From assembly GCA_012842395.1 (NCBI GenBank), contig DUSX01000029.1, forward strand, positions 109 to 64,108: a stretch of DNA of 64,000 bases. Reading direction: 5' to 3'. This DNA comes from Bacillota bacterium (GTDB taxonomy: Bacteria; Bacillota; SHA-98; UBA4971). Numbering within the stretch: position 1 is the stretch's first letter; every line of letters starts with the position of its first letter. The notes beneath the pieces are model-generated. The model was not told the origin of the DNA and did no database searches. It saw only the letters and a list, made by a program, of their open reading frames with translations. This document shows positions 1-10,368 of this stretch, in pieces. A program made the translations under genes and the position numbers.

Positions 1-835
1 CACCCTCGGCGACGCGGAGCGGACTGCGATCACAGACCAGATCAAAGCCCTGTTAGAGGAGATCAACACCATAGTCGACGAGACTGAGTGGAACGGGCAA
101 AAACTGATTGCGGGAGGCAAGACGTTCAACTTCCAAACCGGCTTCCAGGCCACTGCAAACACGGGAGTCAACATGGAGGACGGCCACAAAGCAGAAGACC
201 TACAGGTTGCGCTCGGCCAAGTTTTCGACCGAGCAGTCGATCTGCTGGATGATCTTCCTACGAGTCTAGTAAGCAGCATTGCCCCGGCCAACACTGTGTC
301 GGCCACGGAGCTCGAGTCCGGCGAGTACAGCATCGAAGTTGCTTGGGATGGCAGCACAACGGGTACAATCGCGATCAAGGACAGTGTTGGCACTATCGCA
401 TATTCGACCACGTTCGCCTCAACCGCGACCGAGGTGGATACGGGTGTCGGCATAAAGATTACGCTTGCGAGTGCCTTGCCCACAGAGGCGGCCAAGGGCG
501 AGTTTGGGGTCTTCTACACGAAGCAAGACAGCGCAAACTCGGTCTCTTCGCACAATGACGCGACTGCATACATGCGGAGGGTCGATGCGGCTATACAGAC
601 GGTTAGCGCTAGTGTCAAAGATATCGGTGCGATCGTGTCCCGTCTCACGTTTAAAGAGGAAAACCTTACGGTTGCCAAGACCAACACGGAGGCCGCATAC
701 AACCGTATCATGAACGCCGACATTGCGGCCGAGCAGCTCGAAGCGATGAAGTACCAGATCCTGCAGCAAACGGCCACCGCAATGCTGGCGCAGGCGAACG
801 TGGCGCCGCAGGCGGTGCTGGGTCTGTTCAGGTAG
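1..835 (+). CDS. fliC: Flagellin, 5'-truncated by the window edge
   Basis: Frame open from base 2 (TLGDAERTAITDQIKALLEEINTIVDETEWNGQKL, flagellin N-terminal helix); C-terminus RIMNADIAAEQLEAMKYQILQQTATAMLAQANVAPQAVLGLFR is the flagellin C-terminal signature. Confidence 0.95.
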   Translation, partial: TLGDAERTAITDQIKALLEEINTIVDETEWNGQKLIAGGKTFNFQTGFQATANTGVNMEDGHKAEDLQVALGQVFDRAVDLLDDLPTSLVSSIAPANTVSATELESGEYSIEVAWDGSTTGTIAIKDSVGTIAYSTTFASTATEVDTGVGIKITLASALPTEAAKGEFGVFYTKQDSANSVSSHNDATAYMRRVDAAIQTVSASVKDIGAIVSRLTFKEENLTVAKTNTEAAYNRIMNADIAAEQLEAMKYQILQQTATAMLAQANVAPQAVLGLFR

Positions 836-889
836 TTCGCGTAATTCGGACGGGACATCCGGTTCTGGCCCGTCCGTAGCGCGTTGCTG

Positions 890-916
890 GCCCGTGGGGG
901 GCTTCCCCCCACGGGC
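890..916 (+). terminator. GC-rich hairpin after flagellin (terminator or mRNA stabiliser)
   Basis: GCCCGTGGGGGG-CTT-CCCCCCACGGGC perfect 12-bp stem; no U-tract. Confidence 0.45.
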
Positions 917-1147
917 GTCCCCTGGGGTCAAGTGGAGCGGGGCGGAAGGCGCGTGGGCGAAGCGAGACGGCACGGTGCCCGCAGGATGCCGCCGCGCCGC
1001 CGAGCCGCGGTCTCGCCCTGGGCCCGGCAACACTGGGCACGGCGGTCTCGGCACCGGGTCGCTTATAGGAATCCACTCAGCCGGGACCGAGCGACGCGCA
1101 GGACACGCAAGACGGGAATGGCCCGGTGCCGACTGGAGGTTGCGCTG

Positions 1148-1579
1148 ATGAACGCCGAACTTGGTGTGCTGCAGGCGACGAGCGAGTATAGGGGCCACGG
1201 GGCGTACGACGCTTACCGGGCTCAGCGCGTGCTCTCGGCAAGCCCCGAGGAGCTTGTGCTGATGGTGTACGACCATGTCATCGCGAGTTGCAGAGCGAAA
1301 GACAAGAAAAAGGCGTCCGCCGGCATCGCGACCCTTATCGATGGCTTGGACCTCGATCAGGGCGAGATCGCTGCGGGACTGTTTCGACTTTATAGATACG
1401 CGATGGAGAGGGTTTGGGAGGGGAAGTTCGACGAGGCACTTTCTGTGATGCGCCCGCTCCGGGAGACCTGGGCCACGGCTGTGGCCGCCACTAAGGGTAA
1501 TAGGGGTGCGCCCAACCCCGTTGGCTTGAGCGCGGTCGCAACTGGGCCGGAGAGGGTGGGCGCCTCGGCCACGAGGTGA
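1148..1579 (+). CDS. fliS: Flagellin export chaperone FliS (short form)
   Basis: YRAQRVLSASPEELVLMVYD...LFRLYRY...LRETW pattern; GGAGG RBS before ATG 1148; lies between fliC and flaG/fliD. Confidence 0.85.
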   Translation: MNAELGVLQATSEYRGHGAYDAYRAQRVLSASPEELVLMVYDHVIASCRAKDKKKASAGIATLIDGLDLDQGEIAAGLFRLYRYAMERVWEGKFDEALSVMRPLRETWATAVAATKGNRGAPNPVGLSAVATGPERVGASATR

Positions 1580-1585
1580 TCCCGC

Positions 1586-2029
1586 GTGGAAGTCACAGTT
1601 GCTGAGGTCAGGCTGAGGAACCTGGATATGCTCGCAAATGCTCAGGCGCGTCACGTGATGCCGCGCCTTGGGCGCGTACCGGATGATCCGGCCCAGCGGG
1701 CGGCAGCGCATGCCGCACGCCCGCACGACGCGTCAGGAAACCTGCGCGAAGTGCAAACCAGGGCCGCCGCGGAAGCCGAGGCCGAGGCCGAAGCAGAGCG
1801 CATCCGCGAGGAGCAGGAGCGCGCCGAGCGCATCGCCCGCCTCCTCGCCGAAGGCGTCGTGAACATCCGGATCACGTTTCACGTGGACAACGACACTGGG
1901 GACGTGACCATCAAGGTGATCGACAACGCCACGGGCGAGGTTGTGCGGTACATCCCTCCCGAGGAACTCGCCATGATGATGGACCACCTAAAAGAGTTCG
2001 CAGGCCTTGTTGTGGATAGGAAGCGGTGA
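1586..2029 (+). CDS. flaG: FlaG family flagellar protein
   Basis: C-terminal FHVDNDTGDVTIKVIDNATGEVVRYIPPEE...GLVVDRK is the FlaG motif. Confidence 0.9.
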   Translation: MEVTVAEVRLRNLDMLANAQARHVMPRLGRVPDDPAQRAAAHAARPHDASGNLREVQTRAAAEAEAEAEAERIREEQERAERIARLLAEGVVNIRITFHVDNDTGDVTIKVIDNATGEVVRYIPPEELAMMMDHLKEFAGLVVDRKR

Positions 2030-2094
2030 CGTATAGCGACGGCAGGAGAGCGGTGCATGGATCCCAGATGGGTCCCAAGCGGAGGTGATCACTG

Positions 2095-3555
2095 GTGAGC
2101 CTCGGGGTGCAACTTCTCACGACAAGCTCAAGCGCCAGCCAGCTTGAAGAGCTCATCAAGGCATACATGGCGGTCGAGTCGAAGCCCGTCGACGACCTCA
2201 AGGCCGCGAAGGAAGCGCTCGCCACGAAGGCCGCGATGTTTCGAGACCTCAACTCCTCACTCCTCGCGCTGAAAAACGTGGCACTCGACCTTCTTCCTGA
2301 GGACCTGACATCGCTGTACGATGCCCGGGCCGCGGTTTCGAGCAACGCTGACGTGGTCGCGGCCAAGGCCGCCACTTCGGCGGCCCAGGCGACCTACAGC
2401 ATCTTCGTGGAGAGGCTCGCAAGCTACGATGTGGTCGTGTCGGACAGGTTCGCTAGCACCGGCGCGGAGGTCTCGCAGGCGGCCGGTGAAGGCACCAAGA
2501 CCTTCACTGTGGCCGTTGGCGCCGCCTCCTGGGACATCACCGTCCAGGTGGAGGCCGGGCAGGACAACGCCACCGTGCTCGCGAACATGGCCGCGGCCAT
2601 CAATGCATCAGGTGCAAGCGCCGCGGTCAGTGCCGCGGTCGTGAGCGAACAGGCGGGCGCCTCGCGCCTCGTGATCACAGCCAGGTCCACGGGGAGCACA
2701 AGCGCGGTAACCCTTTCGGAGACGGGCGACGCCAACAACCTTCTTGCCGCGTCCGGCACGAGCTCATCGGTCCAGGCGACGAGCACAGAGGGCGGCTACC
2801 TCGCGGCCCGCGACACGCTCGACGCCAGGTTCACGCTGAACGGCCTCTCGCTCGTCCGGTCCTCCAACGAGGTCTCCGACGCGATCTCCGGGGTCACCCT
2901 CACGCTCAAGAAGGCGCAGGCAGCCGGAGATGCCCCGGTGAGCGTCGAGGTCAAACGCGACACGAGCGCGCTGAAGACCAAGATAAAGGCGTTCATTTCC
3001 AGTTACAACTCGACCGTCAAGTATCTCAACAACAAGACCCTCGTGGACCCGGACGCCGGTATCCGCGGGGACCTGGCGGGCGATGCGACCTATCTCGATT
3101 TGAAAGTGAGGATGAACCGCGCCGTCCAGGAGAGGGTCGACTGCCTTGCCTACCCGGATCCTACGAGGCTTTACGATGTCGGCATAACCCTTGACAGGTC
3201 TGGCAGTCTCACGTTGACCGACGAGGCCAAGCTCGACAAGGCGCTTCAAGATAGCCCGGGGGCTGTGCGCGACCTCTTTGCATCGGCGAGCGGAGTTGCC
3301 GTGAAGGTGCGCGACCTCATGGAGCCGTTCGTGGACGAACTAACCGGCATCATCGCGCGGCAACAGCAGTCCATCACCAACCAGATGAGCCGGATCGACT
3401 CGAGGGTGAAAGATCTGGAGGAGCGGCTGGCCATTCGCGAGAAAGCCCTCCGCGAGGAGTTTTCGTCGCTCATCCAGGCGATGCAGCTTATGAGCACGCA
3501 GAGCGCGCTCATCAACACGTTTATGACTCAGGCTAACGCGCTGCTTGCGTACTAG
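2095..3555 (+). CDS. fliD: Flagellar filament cap protein FliD
   Basis: SSNEVSDAISGVTLTLKK, KIKAFISSYN and C-terminal coiled coil; GGAGGTG RBS; gene context. Confidence 0.92.
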   Translation: MSLGVQLLTTSSSASQLEELIKAYMAVESKPVDDLKAAKEALATKAAMFRDLNSSLLALKNVALDLLPEDLTSLYDARAAVSSNADVVAAKAATSAAQATYSIFVERLASYDVVVSDRFASTGAEVSQAAGEGTKTFTVAVGAASWDITVQVEAGQDNATVLANMAAAINASGASAAVSAAVVSEQAGASRLVITARSTGSTSAVTLSETGDANNLLAASGTSSSVQATSTEGGYLAARDTLDARFTLNGLSLVRSSNEVSDAISGVTLTLKKAQAAGDAPVSVEVKRDTSALKTKIKAFISSYNSTVKYLNNKTLVDPDAGIRGDLAGDATYLDLKVRMNRAVQERVDCLAYPDPTRLYDVGITLDRSGSLTLTDEAKLDKALQDSPGAVRDLFASASGVAVKVRDLMEPFVDELTGIIARQQQSITNQMSRIDSRVKDLEERLAIREKALREEFSSLIQAMQLMSTQSALINTFMTQANALLAY

Positions 3556-3943
3556 TGTAATGCGTAGTATTACAAGCTTGTTAGCTTGTTACACAGTTAT
3601 CTGTTTTGGCGGTTCTCCGGCGGATTCGGGGCCCCGCGCCTCGCCGCAGGCCCGCGGTTTGACTCCTGAGGCCTGGGCACTGGCGCCGGCCGCAGGCAGT
3701 AGGGTGGGTGATCGCTGGCGGGTGCGGGAGGGCGCGCGAGACACGCGAAGCGCAAGCGTGCGGCGAGCGCGGGGCCCCGCGCGGGGGAATACGGCACAGT
3801 GTGGCGGCGCAGGCCGCGCGGCGTTCAAGTGGGGGTCACCCAGAATGTGCTGGGCAGATGTCGTGTACCGAGCGGAGGCGCGGCGTAAACGGTTCGGTGG
3901 CGGTGCGCAGCAACCTTAAGAGGGCGAGGGGGGAGCGCGCGGG

Positions 3944-4483
3944 TTGGACAAGAGAGACGTGCGCGAGCGGACAGCGGCAGAGCTCGCCGAAAGCTACGAG
4001 CGGGAGGCCCTCCTCCTCGAGAAGGTCGTCCAGCACACGAAGCGCGAGATAGAGCTCATCGCCGCCGGGGATTATGCCGCCCTGTGCGATTCCCTGGCTG
4101 GACGGGGCGGCCACGTCGAAGAGATCGCGAGGCTCGAGGCCCGCCGCCGCGAGCTGGAGGGCGAGCTCTCCGGGCTCCCGGGTGGCTTGACGTCCGAGAG
4201 TGGTCGCCGGCCTGGTCGCGGGTCGGCACAGCTCTCGTCCGGAGCGGCAGCACTGCAGGAGGCTCTCGCGGATCCCCGTGTGGAGGAGGCCCGCCGCAAG
4301 GCGGCAGCCATGCACCGCCAGGCGCTTGAGCTCGATGCCCAGCTGCGGGAGATGGCTCGCGCCCGGAGGGCGGACATGGAGTCGAGGCTGGTCGGGCTGG
4401 TCCAGGGGCGGACGGCAAGCCACGCGTACAACGGGCATGGGCGGGGGAAACCCGTGCCGAGGTTCGTCGACAAGGAACGGTGA
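3944..4483 (+). CDS. FlgN-like flagellar export chaperone
   Basis: Helical 179-aa protein ending HAY...PRFVDKER, typical of FlgN-like C-termini; follows fliD. Confidence 0.55.
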   Translation: MDKRDVRERTAAELAESYEREALLLEKVVQHTKREIELIAAGDYAALCDSLAGRGGHVEEIARLEARRRELEGELSGLPGGLTSESGRRPGRGSAQLSSGAAALQEALADPRVEEARRKAAAMHRQALELDAQLREMARARRADMESRLVGLVQGRTASHAYNGHGRGKPVPRFVDKER

Positions 4484-4599
4484 GGAGCTCCAGCGCATCC
4501 ACGCATTCACCAACCCACTCGCCACCTACGCGTTGGGCAACCCATTGGTTAGCCCATCCATTTTCCCGCCGGTCGCGCCATGTGTTCCCTATCGTAAGA

Positions 4600-4624
4600 A
4601 GGATATTCCATCCTGATGTCGAAG
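4600..4624 (+). promoter_or_regulatory. SigH-like promoter upstream of the response regulator
   Basis: AGGATAT-N11-GTCGAAG versus Bacillota SigH consensus AGGAWWW-N11/12-RNNGAAT. Confidence 0.5.
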
Positions 4625-4691
4625 AACGCACAAATGACGCGAACCTCCATGACGCGGGAGCACGCGTAGCTGTCACCCGGGGCGGGGTGAT

Positions 4692-6230
4692 TTGAGGGTG
4701 GTCTACAGGGTCCTCATCGTCGACGACGAACCTAACATGAGAGCCGTGCTATCCGACGTCCTGGCCGAGGAAGGGTACGAGGTGGCGGTCGCGCGTGACG
4801 GCGCCGAGTGCCTCGCCAAGGTCGGGCCCGGCGATTTCCACGTGGTCGTCCTCGATCTCAAGCTTCCAGACACCAGCGGCATCGACGTGCTCCGCGAGAT
4901 CAAGGCGCGTTCGCCGGAGAGCGTGGTGATCATGATCACCGCGTTCTCTTCGGTCGACACCGCCATCGAGGCCATGAAGTGTGGCGCCTATGACTACATA
5001 ACCAAACCGTTCAAGATCGAGAACTTCAAGATGGTCGTAAGGAGCGCCCTGGAGCTCGGGGCGTCTTTCTCCCGTGCCCCACGCCGGCAGCCGCTCCGCG
5101 CCAAGAGCGAGTTCGGGATGATCGGCTCCACCCCAGAGATGCAGCGGATCTTCAGCATGATCGACGAGATCGCTCCGACCAACGCGACGGTCCTCATTTT
5201 CGGCGAGAGCGGCACCGGAAAGGAACTCCTTGCAAGGGCCATCCACAATTGCAGCCACAGGGCGGACAAGCCCTTCGTGAAAGTCAACTGCGCGGCCGTC
5301 CCCGAGAGCCTGCTGGAATCGGAGCTCTTTGGTCACGAGCGAGGGGCCTTCACCTCGGCCGTCACGAGGCGGCTGGGCCGGTTCGAGGTGGCCGACACGG
5401 GCACGATCTTCCTCGATGAGATCGGCGAGATGAGCCCAGCGATGCAGGCCAAGCTCCTGAGGGTTACGCAGGAAAAGGAGTTCGAGCGCGTCGGGAGCTC
5501 GCAGACTATCCGGGTCGATGTGCGCATCATCGCCGCCACGAACCAAGACCTCAAAGAGAAGGTCGCCCGGGGCGAGTTCAGGGAAGACCTGTACTATCGT
5601 CTGAGCGTGATCCCGATTTACCTGCCGCCGCTGCGCGAGCGCAAGGCCGACATCCCACTCCTGGTTGAGAAATTCATCGCATATTACAGCGAAACAGTCG
5701 GGAAAACCGTGACGCGCGTCTCGGAAAAGGCCATGAAAATGCTCATGGATTACGACTGGCCCGGGAACGTGCGTGAGCTTGAGAATTGCATCGAGCGGGC
5801 GATCATCTTTGCCAAGGGTCCCGTTATCGATGAGGACAACCTTTTCATCGGGGCGCCTGCTGTGAACGTGCCGGCATCGGCGGCGACATCGCCCGCGTGG
5901 CACGAGGCGCGGGTCGCGCCCCAGGTCGTGGCGGCGACAGCGGCAGCGGCGACGGCAGCGGTGACAGGCGTGGCGGCGGGAGAGATGCCCGCTGGAGTAG
6001 CAGGGGCGGTGGGCAATTACTATGGACGAGGGTCGTCCGGCGTGGTGGCGACGGGGCGCGCTGAGCCGGGCGGCGCGGGCAGGCCCATGTCAATGAAGGA
6101 AGTCGAAAAGGCTCACATCATACGGGTGTTGCAGCAGACGAACAGCAACCGCACCGAGGCTGCGAGGATCCTTCAGATCAGCCGGAGGACGCTTCTGAAC
6201 AAGATCAAGGAATACGGGATAGCTGAATAG
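4692..6230 (+). CDS. Sigma54-dependent response regulator (NtrC/AtoC family: REC-AAA+-Fis HTH)
   Basis: REC (VLIVDDE...VLDLKLPD...KPF), Walker [40 protein letters not shown]-terminal [15 protein letters not shown]. Confidence 0.95.
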   Translation: MRVVYRVLIVDDEPNMRAVLSDVLAEEGYEVAVARDGAECLAKVGPGDFHVVVLDLKLPDTSGIDVLREIKARSPESVVIMITAFSSVDTAIEAMKCGAYDYITKPFKIENFKMVVRSALELGASFSRAPRRQPLRAKSEFGMIGSTPEMQRIFSMIDEIAPTNATVLIFGESGTGKELLARAIHNCSHRADKPFVKVNCAAVPESLLESELFGHERGAFTSAVTRRLGRFEVADTGTIFLDEIGEMSPAMQAKLLRVTQEKEFERVGSSQTIRVDVRIIAATNQDLKEKVARGEFREDLYYRLSVIPIYLPPLRERKADIPLLVEKFIAYYSETVGKTVTRVSEKAMKMLMDYDWPGNVRELENCIERAIIFAKGPVIDEDNLFIGAPAVNVPASAATSPAWHEARVAPQVVAATAAAATAAVTGVAAGEMPAGVAGAVGNYYGRGSSGVVATGRAEPGGAGRPMSMKEVEKAHIIRVLQQTNSNRTEAARILQISRRTLLNKIKEYGIAE

Positions 6231-6304
6231 CGGCGCCAGTGCGGCGCCAATAGTGCGGCCGCCCTGGGTGGTTCCGGTGGCGGCTTGCTTCGGGGTGTTG
6301 TCTC

Positions 6305-8332
6305 GTGGCTAGTGCTTGGGTGGATGCGGCGCTCGCCGCCATGAGCGCGGGGGCGCTGGCATTTGCTTATTGGGAAAGGCGCACGGCACGGCGCAAGGTC
6401 GCAGAGGCAAGGGAGCAACTCGCGTCCATGCGCGAATTCGTGTCAGGGCTTGCCGAGAACGACCTCACCCTTCAGAAAGAGCTCGTAGCCGCCAATGCCG
6501 AGCTCAACAGGCGGGTCCTGCAGCTTGCGAGCCTGTTCGAGGTCGGCAAGGAGCTCATGTCCATCCGCAGGCCCGATGAGGTCCTGAACCGTATCGCGGT
6601 GATCGCGTGCCGGCTCGTCCCGTCCCAGGGGTGCGCCATCCGCATCCTAAGCCGCGACAAGACGCGCCTCGTCCTGAAAAGCCATTACGGGCTGTCTCCC
6701 GAATTCGTGGAGAGAAGCGGGTCTGTTCCCGTCGAGGGGAGCTCGCTCGGGCAGGTGGTTCGGCTCGGGAAGCCGCTTGCAGGTGTGGATGGGGCGGGCG
6801 AGGCAAGCACGTATTTCGAAGACTTGGGCAAGGACGGGATGACCTTCGCGCTCTCGGTGCCGCTCGCCGTGCGTGGCGAGGTAACAGGCGTCCTCACTGT
6901 GTACACGCCCAGCATTCACGAGCGGACGCGCGACGAGATCAAGTTCCTCACGATCCTTGCGGCATACGCTTCCGCGGCGCTCGAGAACGCTGAACTATAC
7001 GCCGACCTCGATGAGGCCAACAGGGAGCTCTCGGCGTTGAAGGAGTACAACGAGAGCATCATCGAAAGCCTGACCATAGGGCTTGCCGTGGTGGACAGGG
7101 ACTTAGTCGTCACCACCTGGAACAGCGGCATGCAGGCCATCACCGGCATTCCCGCCGAGGCGGCGCTTGGGAGGAAGTACTTCGAGCTCCTGCCCGAACA
7201 AGCGCAAGAAGGCCTCTGGGACATCCTGAAGGAGGTCTTGGAGGACGGAGAGACCCTGGAAAGCGACGAGATGAGGCAGCACGCGCCGGACGGCAGGGAG
7301 TACGTGGTGTCGTGCAGGGTGTGCCCGCTCGTGAGCACGCCGGACGGTGAGGACGCTACGAACGCTGCGAACGCTATGGACGCTGCGCACGCTGCGGACG
7401 GCCCGGCGGGATCGCGCGAGTCGGCGAAGTCGGCGAACTCTGCAAAGTCGGCGGAGCCCGTGGGGTCGGTGGAGGCGGCGGGGTCGACGGAGGCTGACCG
7501 CGGCGGAGGAGGCGGGCGCGTAAAGGGCGCCATCATCGTGGCGGAGGATGTGACCGTGCGAGTCAGCCTTGGTGAGCGGCTGCGGAGGGCTGAGCGTCTC
7601 AAGGCCGTGGGCGAGTTTGCGGCCGGCATCGCGCACGAGATAAACAACCCGATCGGCATCATATCCGCCTGCGCCGAGCATCTCGCGGACAAGATCTCGA
7701 GGTCTGTGGATTCGCCCAATGAGTATCTGAAGCCGCTCCGGGCCATTGAAGAGGAAGCCGCCCGCTGCTCTGGAATAGTCAAGAATCTAACGGTGTTCTC
7801 GCGCCATCAGGAGATGCACCTACGGCCCACGGACGTGCGACGGGTCGTCGAGGACACGGTCTACCTCCTGGAGCATCAGGCAGCCGCGGCTGGCGTGAGG
7901 ATACAGGTCGAAGGAGAGACGGCGGAGCTTCCGCCGGTCATGGCGGACGAAGGCCAGCTCAAACAGGTGTTTATTAACCTCGCGGTGAACGCTATACAAG
8001 CGATGCCGTCTGGTGGAGTCCTCAAGGTGCGGCTCGGTGTCGACCACCGGCGCCTCGGCACAGGCAGGTCCCCCGCGCGTGGCGCGGGCGCAGCGGGTGG
8101 GGGGCGCGGCTACGTGTGGGTGGAGTTCGCGGACACCGGGGTTGGCATACCTCGTGAGAACCTCTCTAAAATCTTCACGCCGTTCTTCACTACTCGGACC
8201 AGCGGGGTCGGCCTTGGCCTTGCCGTGAGCCACGGCATCGTCGAGGCCCACGGGGGCACGATCTCCGTGGAAAGCAGGGAGGGCGAAGGCAGCACCTTTA
8301 CGGTGCGGCTCCCAGTCGCGAGGCAGCGGTAG
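6305..8332 (+). CDS. Sensor histidine kinase (TM-GAF-PAS-HisKA-HATPase)
   Basis: H-box AHEINNP, N-box [34 protein letters not shown]-terminal hydrophobic helix, GAF and PAS segments. Confidence 0.93.
   Translation: MASAWVDAALAAMSAGALAFAYWERRTARRKVAEAREQLASMREFVSGLAENDLTLQKELVAANAELNRRVLQLASLFEVGKELMSIRRPDEVLNRIAVIACRLVPSQGCAIRILSRDKTRLVLKSHYGLSPEFVERSGSVPVEGSSLGQVVRLGKPLAGVDGAGEASTYFEDLGKDGMTFALSVPLAVRGEVTGVLTVYTPSIHERTRDEIKFLTILAAYASAALENAELYADLDEANRELSALKEYNESIIESLTIGLAVVDRDLVVTTWNSGMQAITGIPAEAALGRKYFELLPEQAQEGLWDILKEVLEDGETLESDEMRQHAPDGREYVVSCRVCPLVSTPDGEDATNAANAMDAAHAADGPAGSRESAKSANSAKSAEPVGSVEAAGSTEADRGGGGGRVKGAIIVAEDVTVRVSLGERLRRAERLKAVGEFAAGIAHEINNPIGIISACAEHLADKISRSVDSPNEYLKPLRAIEEEAARCSGIVKNLTVFSRHQEMHLRPTDVRRVVEDTVYLLEHQAAAAGVRIQVEGETAELPPVMADEGQLKQVFINLAVNAIQAMPSGGVLKVRLGVDHRRLGTGRSPARGAGAAGGGRGYVWVEFADTGVGIPRENLSKIFTPFFTTRTSGVGLGLAVSHGIVEAHGGTISVESREGEGSTFTVRLPVARQR
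7352..7500 (+). repeat. In-frame degenerate 9-bp tandem repeats inside the kinase PAS region
   Basis: GACGCTACG AACGCTGCG AACGCTATG GACGCTGCG CACGCTGCG then GAGTCGGCG AAGTCGGCG AACTCTGCA AAGTCGGCG. Confidence 0.75.
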
Positions 8333-8730
8333 GCAAGCGGCCAGCAAAGCAAGCCACGACGGGTCTTCCCCGTCGCCATGGAGAGGCTCAAGGATCTCGG
8401 GGCCGCCGGCGCGCTTCGCCAACATCTTGCTCGTCAGGTCAATAGCAGGATTCTGACACCCATCGTGCAATCACCAGCAAGCCATCCTGAACAATCGGAC
8501 GGAAGACGTCAGGAACGGGCGAGGAAGGAACTTGTGTCGCGTGTCACGTCCGCGGCCTGAAGGTTGATATGCTGAATCAGTCCTGACGGGCGCGTGATGT
8601 GCGTCACCCGTGGCACGCAACTCGTGGGGCGTCACTCGTGGTGCGTGGTGCGCGATGCGCGGTACGCGCGGGGCGGCACACCTGTGCAGCGAGTGTGCCT
8701 GCGGACGTGCATGCCAAAGCGCACGGGTGC

Positions 8731-8755
8731 AGGAATTCTGCGGCCAGGGAAGAAT
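8731..8755 (+). promoter_or_regulatory. SigH-like promoter
   Basis: AGGAATT-N11-GAAGAAT, about 60 nt upstream of ATG 8817. Confidence 0.55.
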
Positions 8756-8816
8756 AGACGCTGAAGATGCGGCTGCTTTTGGAAAGGCACACCTGTGGAG
8801 GAGGCACATCGGAGAA

Positions 8817-10289
8817 ATGGACGCACATACGCCGAAGGGTGAACCTAGCACACCTGCGCCCAAGGAGCTCGCCATACCTGCGCTTAACGGGCTCGCGGGG
8901 CGCTCGGCCGAGGAAGTAGAGCTCATTCTCGTCAAGGCCGCCCGAAGCGCGCAGGCGGCCGCGGTGCCCGGCCTGGAACAGCTTGCGACCGGTGATGACC
9001 TTCGCCTCGCCCAGGCGGCGGTGCGGGCCCTCGGTGAAGTGCGAGATGAATCGGCCGTGCGGGTGCTGACGGAGATTCGTGAGTCGGCTCAGGATAAAGC
9101 TGTGCGCAAAGAGGCCGGCCGGTCGTTGCATAGACTGAGGTCTGCGGGGGTGTATGTCGCCGAGGAACTTACCCCGGTCCGCGAGCGCGTGCCGGCAATT
9201 GCGGCGCCGCCCGGGAGGGTCGAGGGCGCGTTCGCTGGGTACTATGATTGGACCGGGACGCGCTTGCTCGCCACCCACGTGTGGGCGCCCGGCGAGGGCA
9301 GGGCATTCATCGCATGGCTCCTCAAAGAGGACGAGGGAATCGACGACTGCCGCGTATTTCGAGGCAGCAAGCGAAAGCTTTACGAAGTGGCGAGCGACCT
9401 CGTGGGCGAGACGAAGCTTACAGAGATCGACACTGAGCACGCGCGCTTCCTGATGAAAGAGGCTGGCGAGATCGGGCGACGAGTCGGGAGGGAGATGCCC
9501 CAAGGGTATTCATTGTACAGTGCTGCGGTCAAGAACCTGCCTCCGCCGCCCGCTCGGCCGATCATCTACGAGAAGATGGACGCTGACGATGTAAGGCGCG
9601 ACGTTGCAGCATTGCGCGATTCTGGGCGACTCCTCAGCCTTCGGTCTGCGTGCTCGTGGGCGTTCGCCGAGGACAAGGCGAAGCCATACTGGGCGAGAGC
9701 TCTAGCAATCGCTGATAGCGTCATTTACACGAGCGAGGCTGTGCAGAGTGAGCGCCTGCGCGCAGTGGTCGAGGATGCCATGCAAGCCTTGTTTACGCCC
9801 GAGGTTGCACGGAAGTACCAGCGGCGCCTGGAGGAGACGGCATATTTGCTGCTTCTGAAGGGCCGGGAGAAGCCCGCGCGTTCGGCATTCGCCGCTGCGA
9901 TTGCCATCGCCGACGGGAAACCACCCCGCGACATACCATTCGTGGAGGCGCTCGTGGCAACGAGCATCGGCGTCGTGCTTGACGACACGTCCGAGGCGAG
10001 GAGGCTGCGGGGGGCACAGGCCGAAGCTGAGCGCGATGAGGGTGGGCGGCGGCTCATCGTGACCCCTGCTTTCGGGGGCGCGACCACCGCGGGCGCGGCG
10101 GGCGAGACTCTCGATGTGGATAGGGAAGACGATTGGAGAGCGAGCTGGCGGGGCCGCGACCGTGACGAGGATTGGGAAGAAGCGGAGGAGATGGACGAGG
10201 CCTGGCCGGGTGAGGACGTTGGCACAGGCGGCGGCGAGGGTCGTGGGGTGGGCCGGTCGATCATCATAGATCCGCGTGACCTACGCTAG
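8817..10289 (+). CDS. Hypothetical protein with N-terminal HEAT-like repeats and acidic C-terminal tail
   Basis: AAVRALGEVRDESAVRVL...DKAVRKEAGRSLHRL HEAT-like helices; GGAG RBS before ATG 8817; D/E/W-rich tail. Confidence 0.7.
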   Translation: MDAHTPKGEPSTPAPKELAIPALNGLAGRSAEEVELILVKAARSAQAAAVPGLEQLATGDDLRLAQAAVRALGEVRDESAVRVLTEIRESAQDKAVRKEAGRSLHRLRSAGVYVAEELTPVRERVPAIAAPPGRVEGAFAGYYDWTGTRLLATHVWAPGEGRAFIAWLLKEDEGIDDCRVFRGSKRKLYEVASDLVGETKLTEIDTEHARFLMKEAGEIGRRVGREMPQGYSLYSAAVKNLPPPPARPIIYEKMDADDVRRDVAALRDSGRLLSLRSACSWAFAEDKAKPYWARALAIADSVIYTSEAVQSERLRAVVEDAMQALFTPEVARKYQRRLEETAYLLLLKGREKPARSAFAAAIAIADGKPPRDIPFVEALVATSIGVVLDDTSEARRLRGAQAEAERDEGGRRLIVTPAFGGATTAGAAGETLDVDREDDWRASWRGRDRDEDWEEAEEMDEAWPGEDVGTGGGEGRGVGRSIIIDPRDLR

Positions 10290-10368
10290 ATGCGTTGACA
10301 AGGCTGTTCGGCTTCTTGGTGCATGGGAATCTTACCCGTGCGCTCGCTGTGCAGAGGGGAATCATCAC

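Noticed and set aside
960..990. Sigma54 promoter upstream of fliS (CGGCAC-N5-CCGC)
   Set aside because: The -12 element lacks the TT and such matches are expected by chance at this GC content
419..1726. Long antisense or alternate-frame ORFs such as 419-1726(-), 31922-33370(-), 52362-53594(-) and 61652-62890(-)
   Set aside because: They shadow well-supported genes, have no recognisable motifs and are expected in GC-rich DNA
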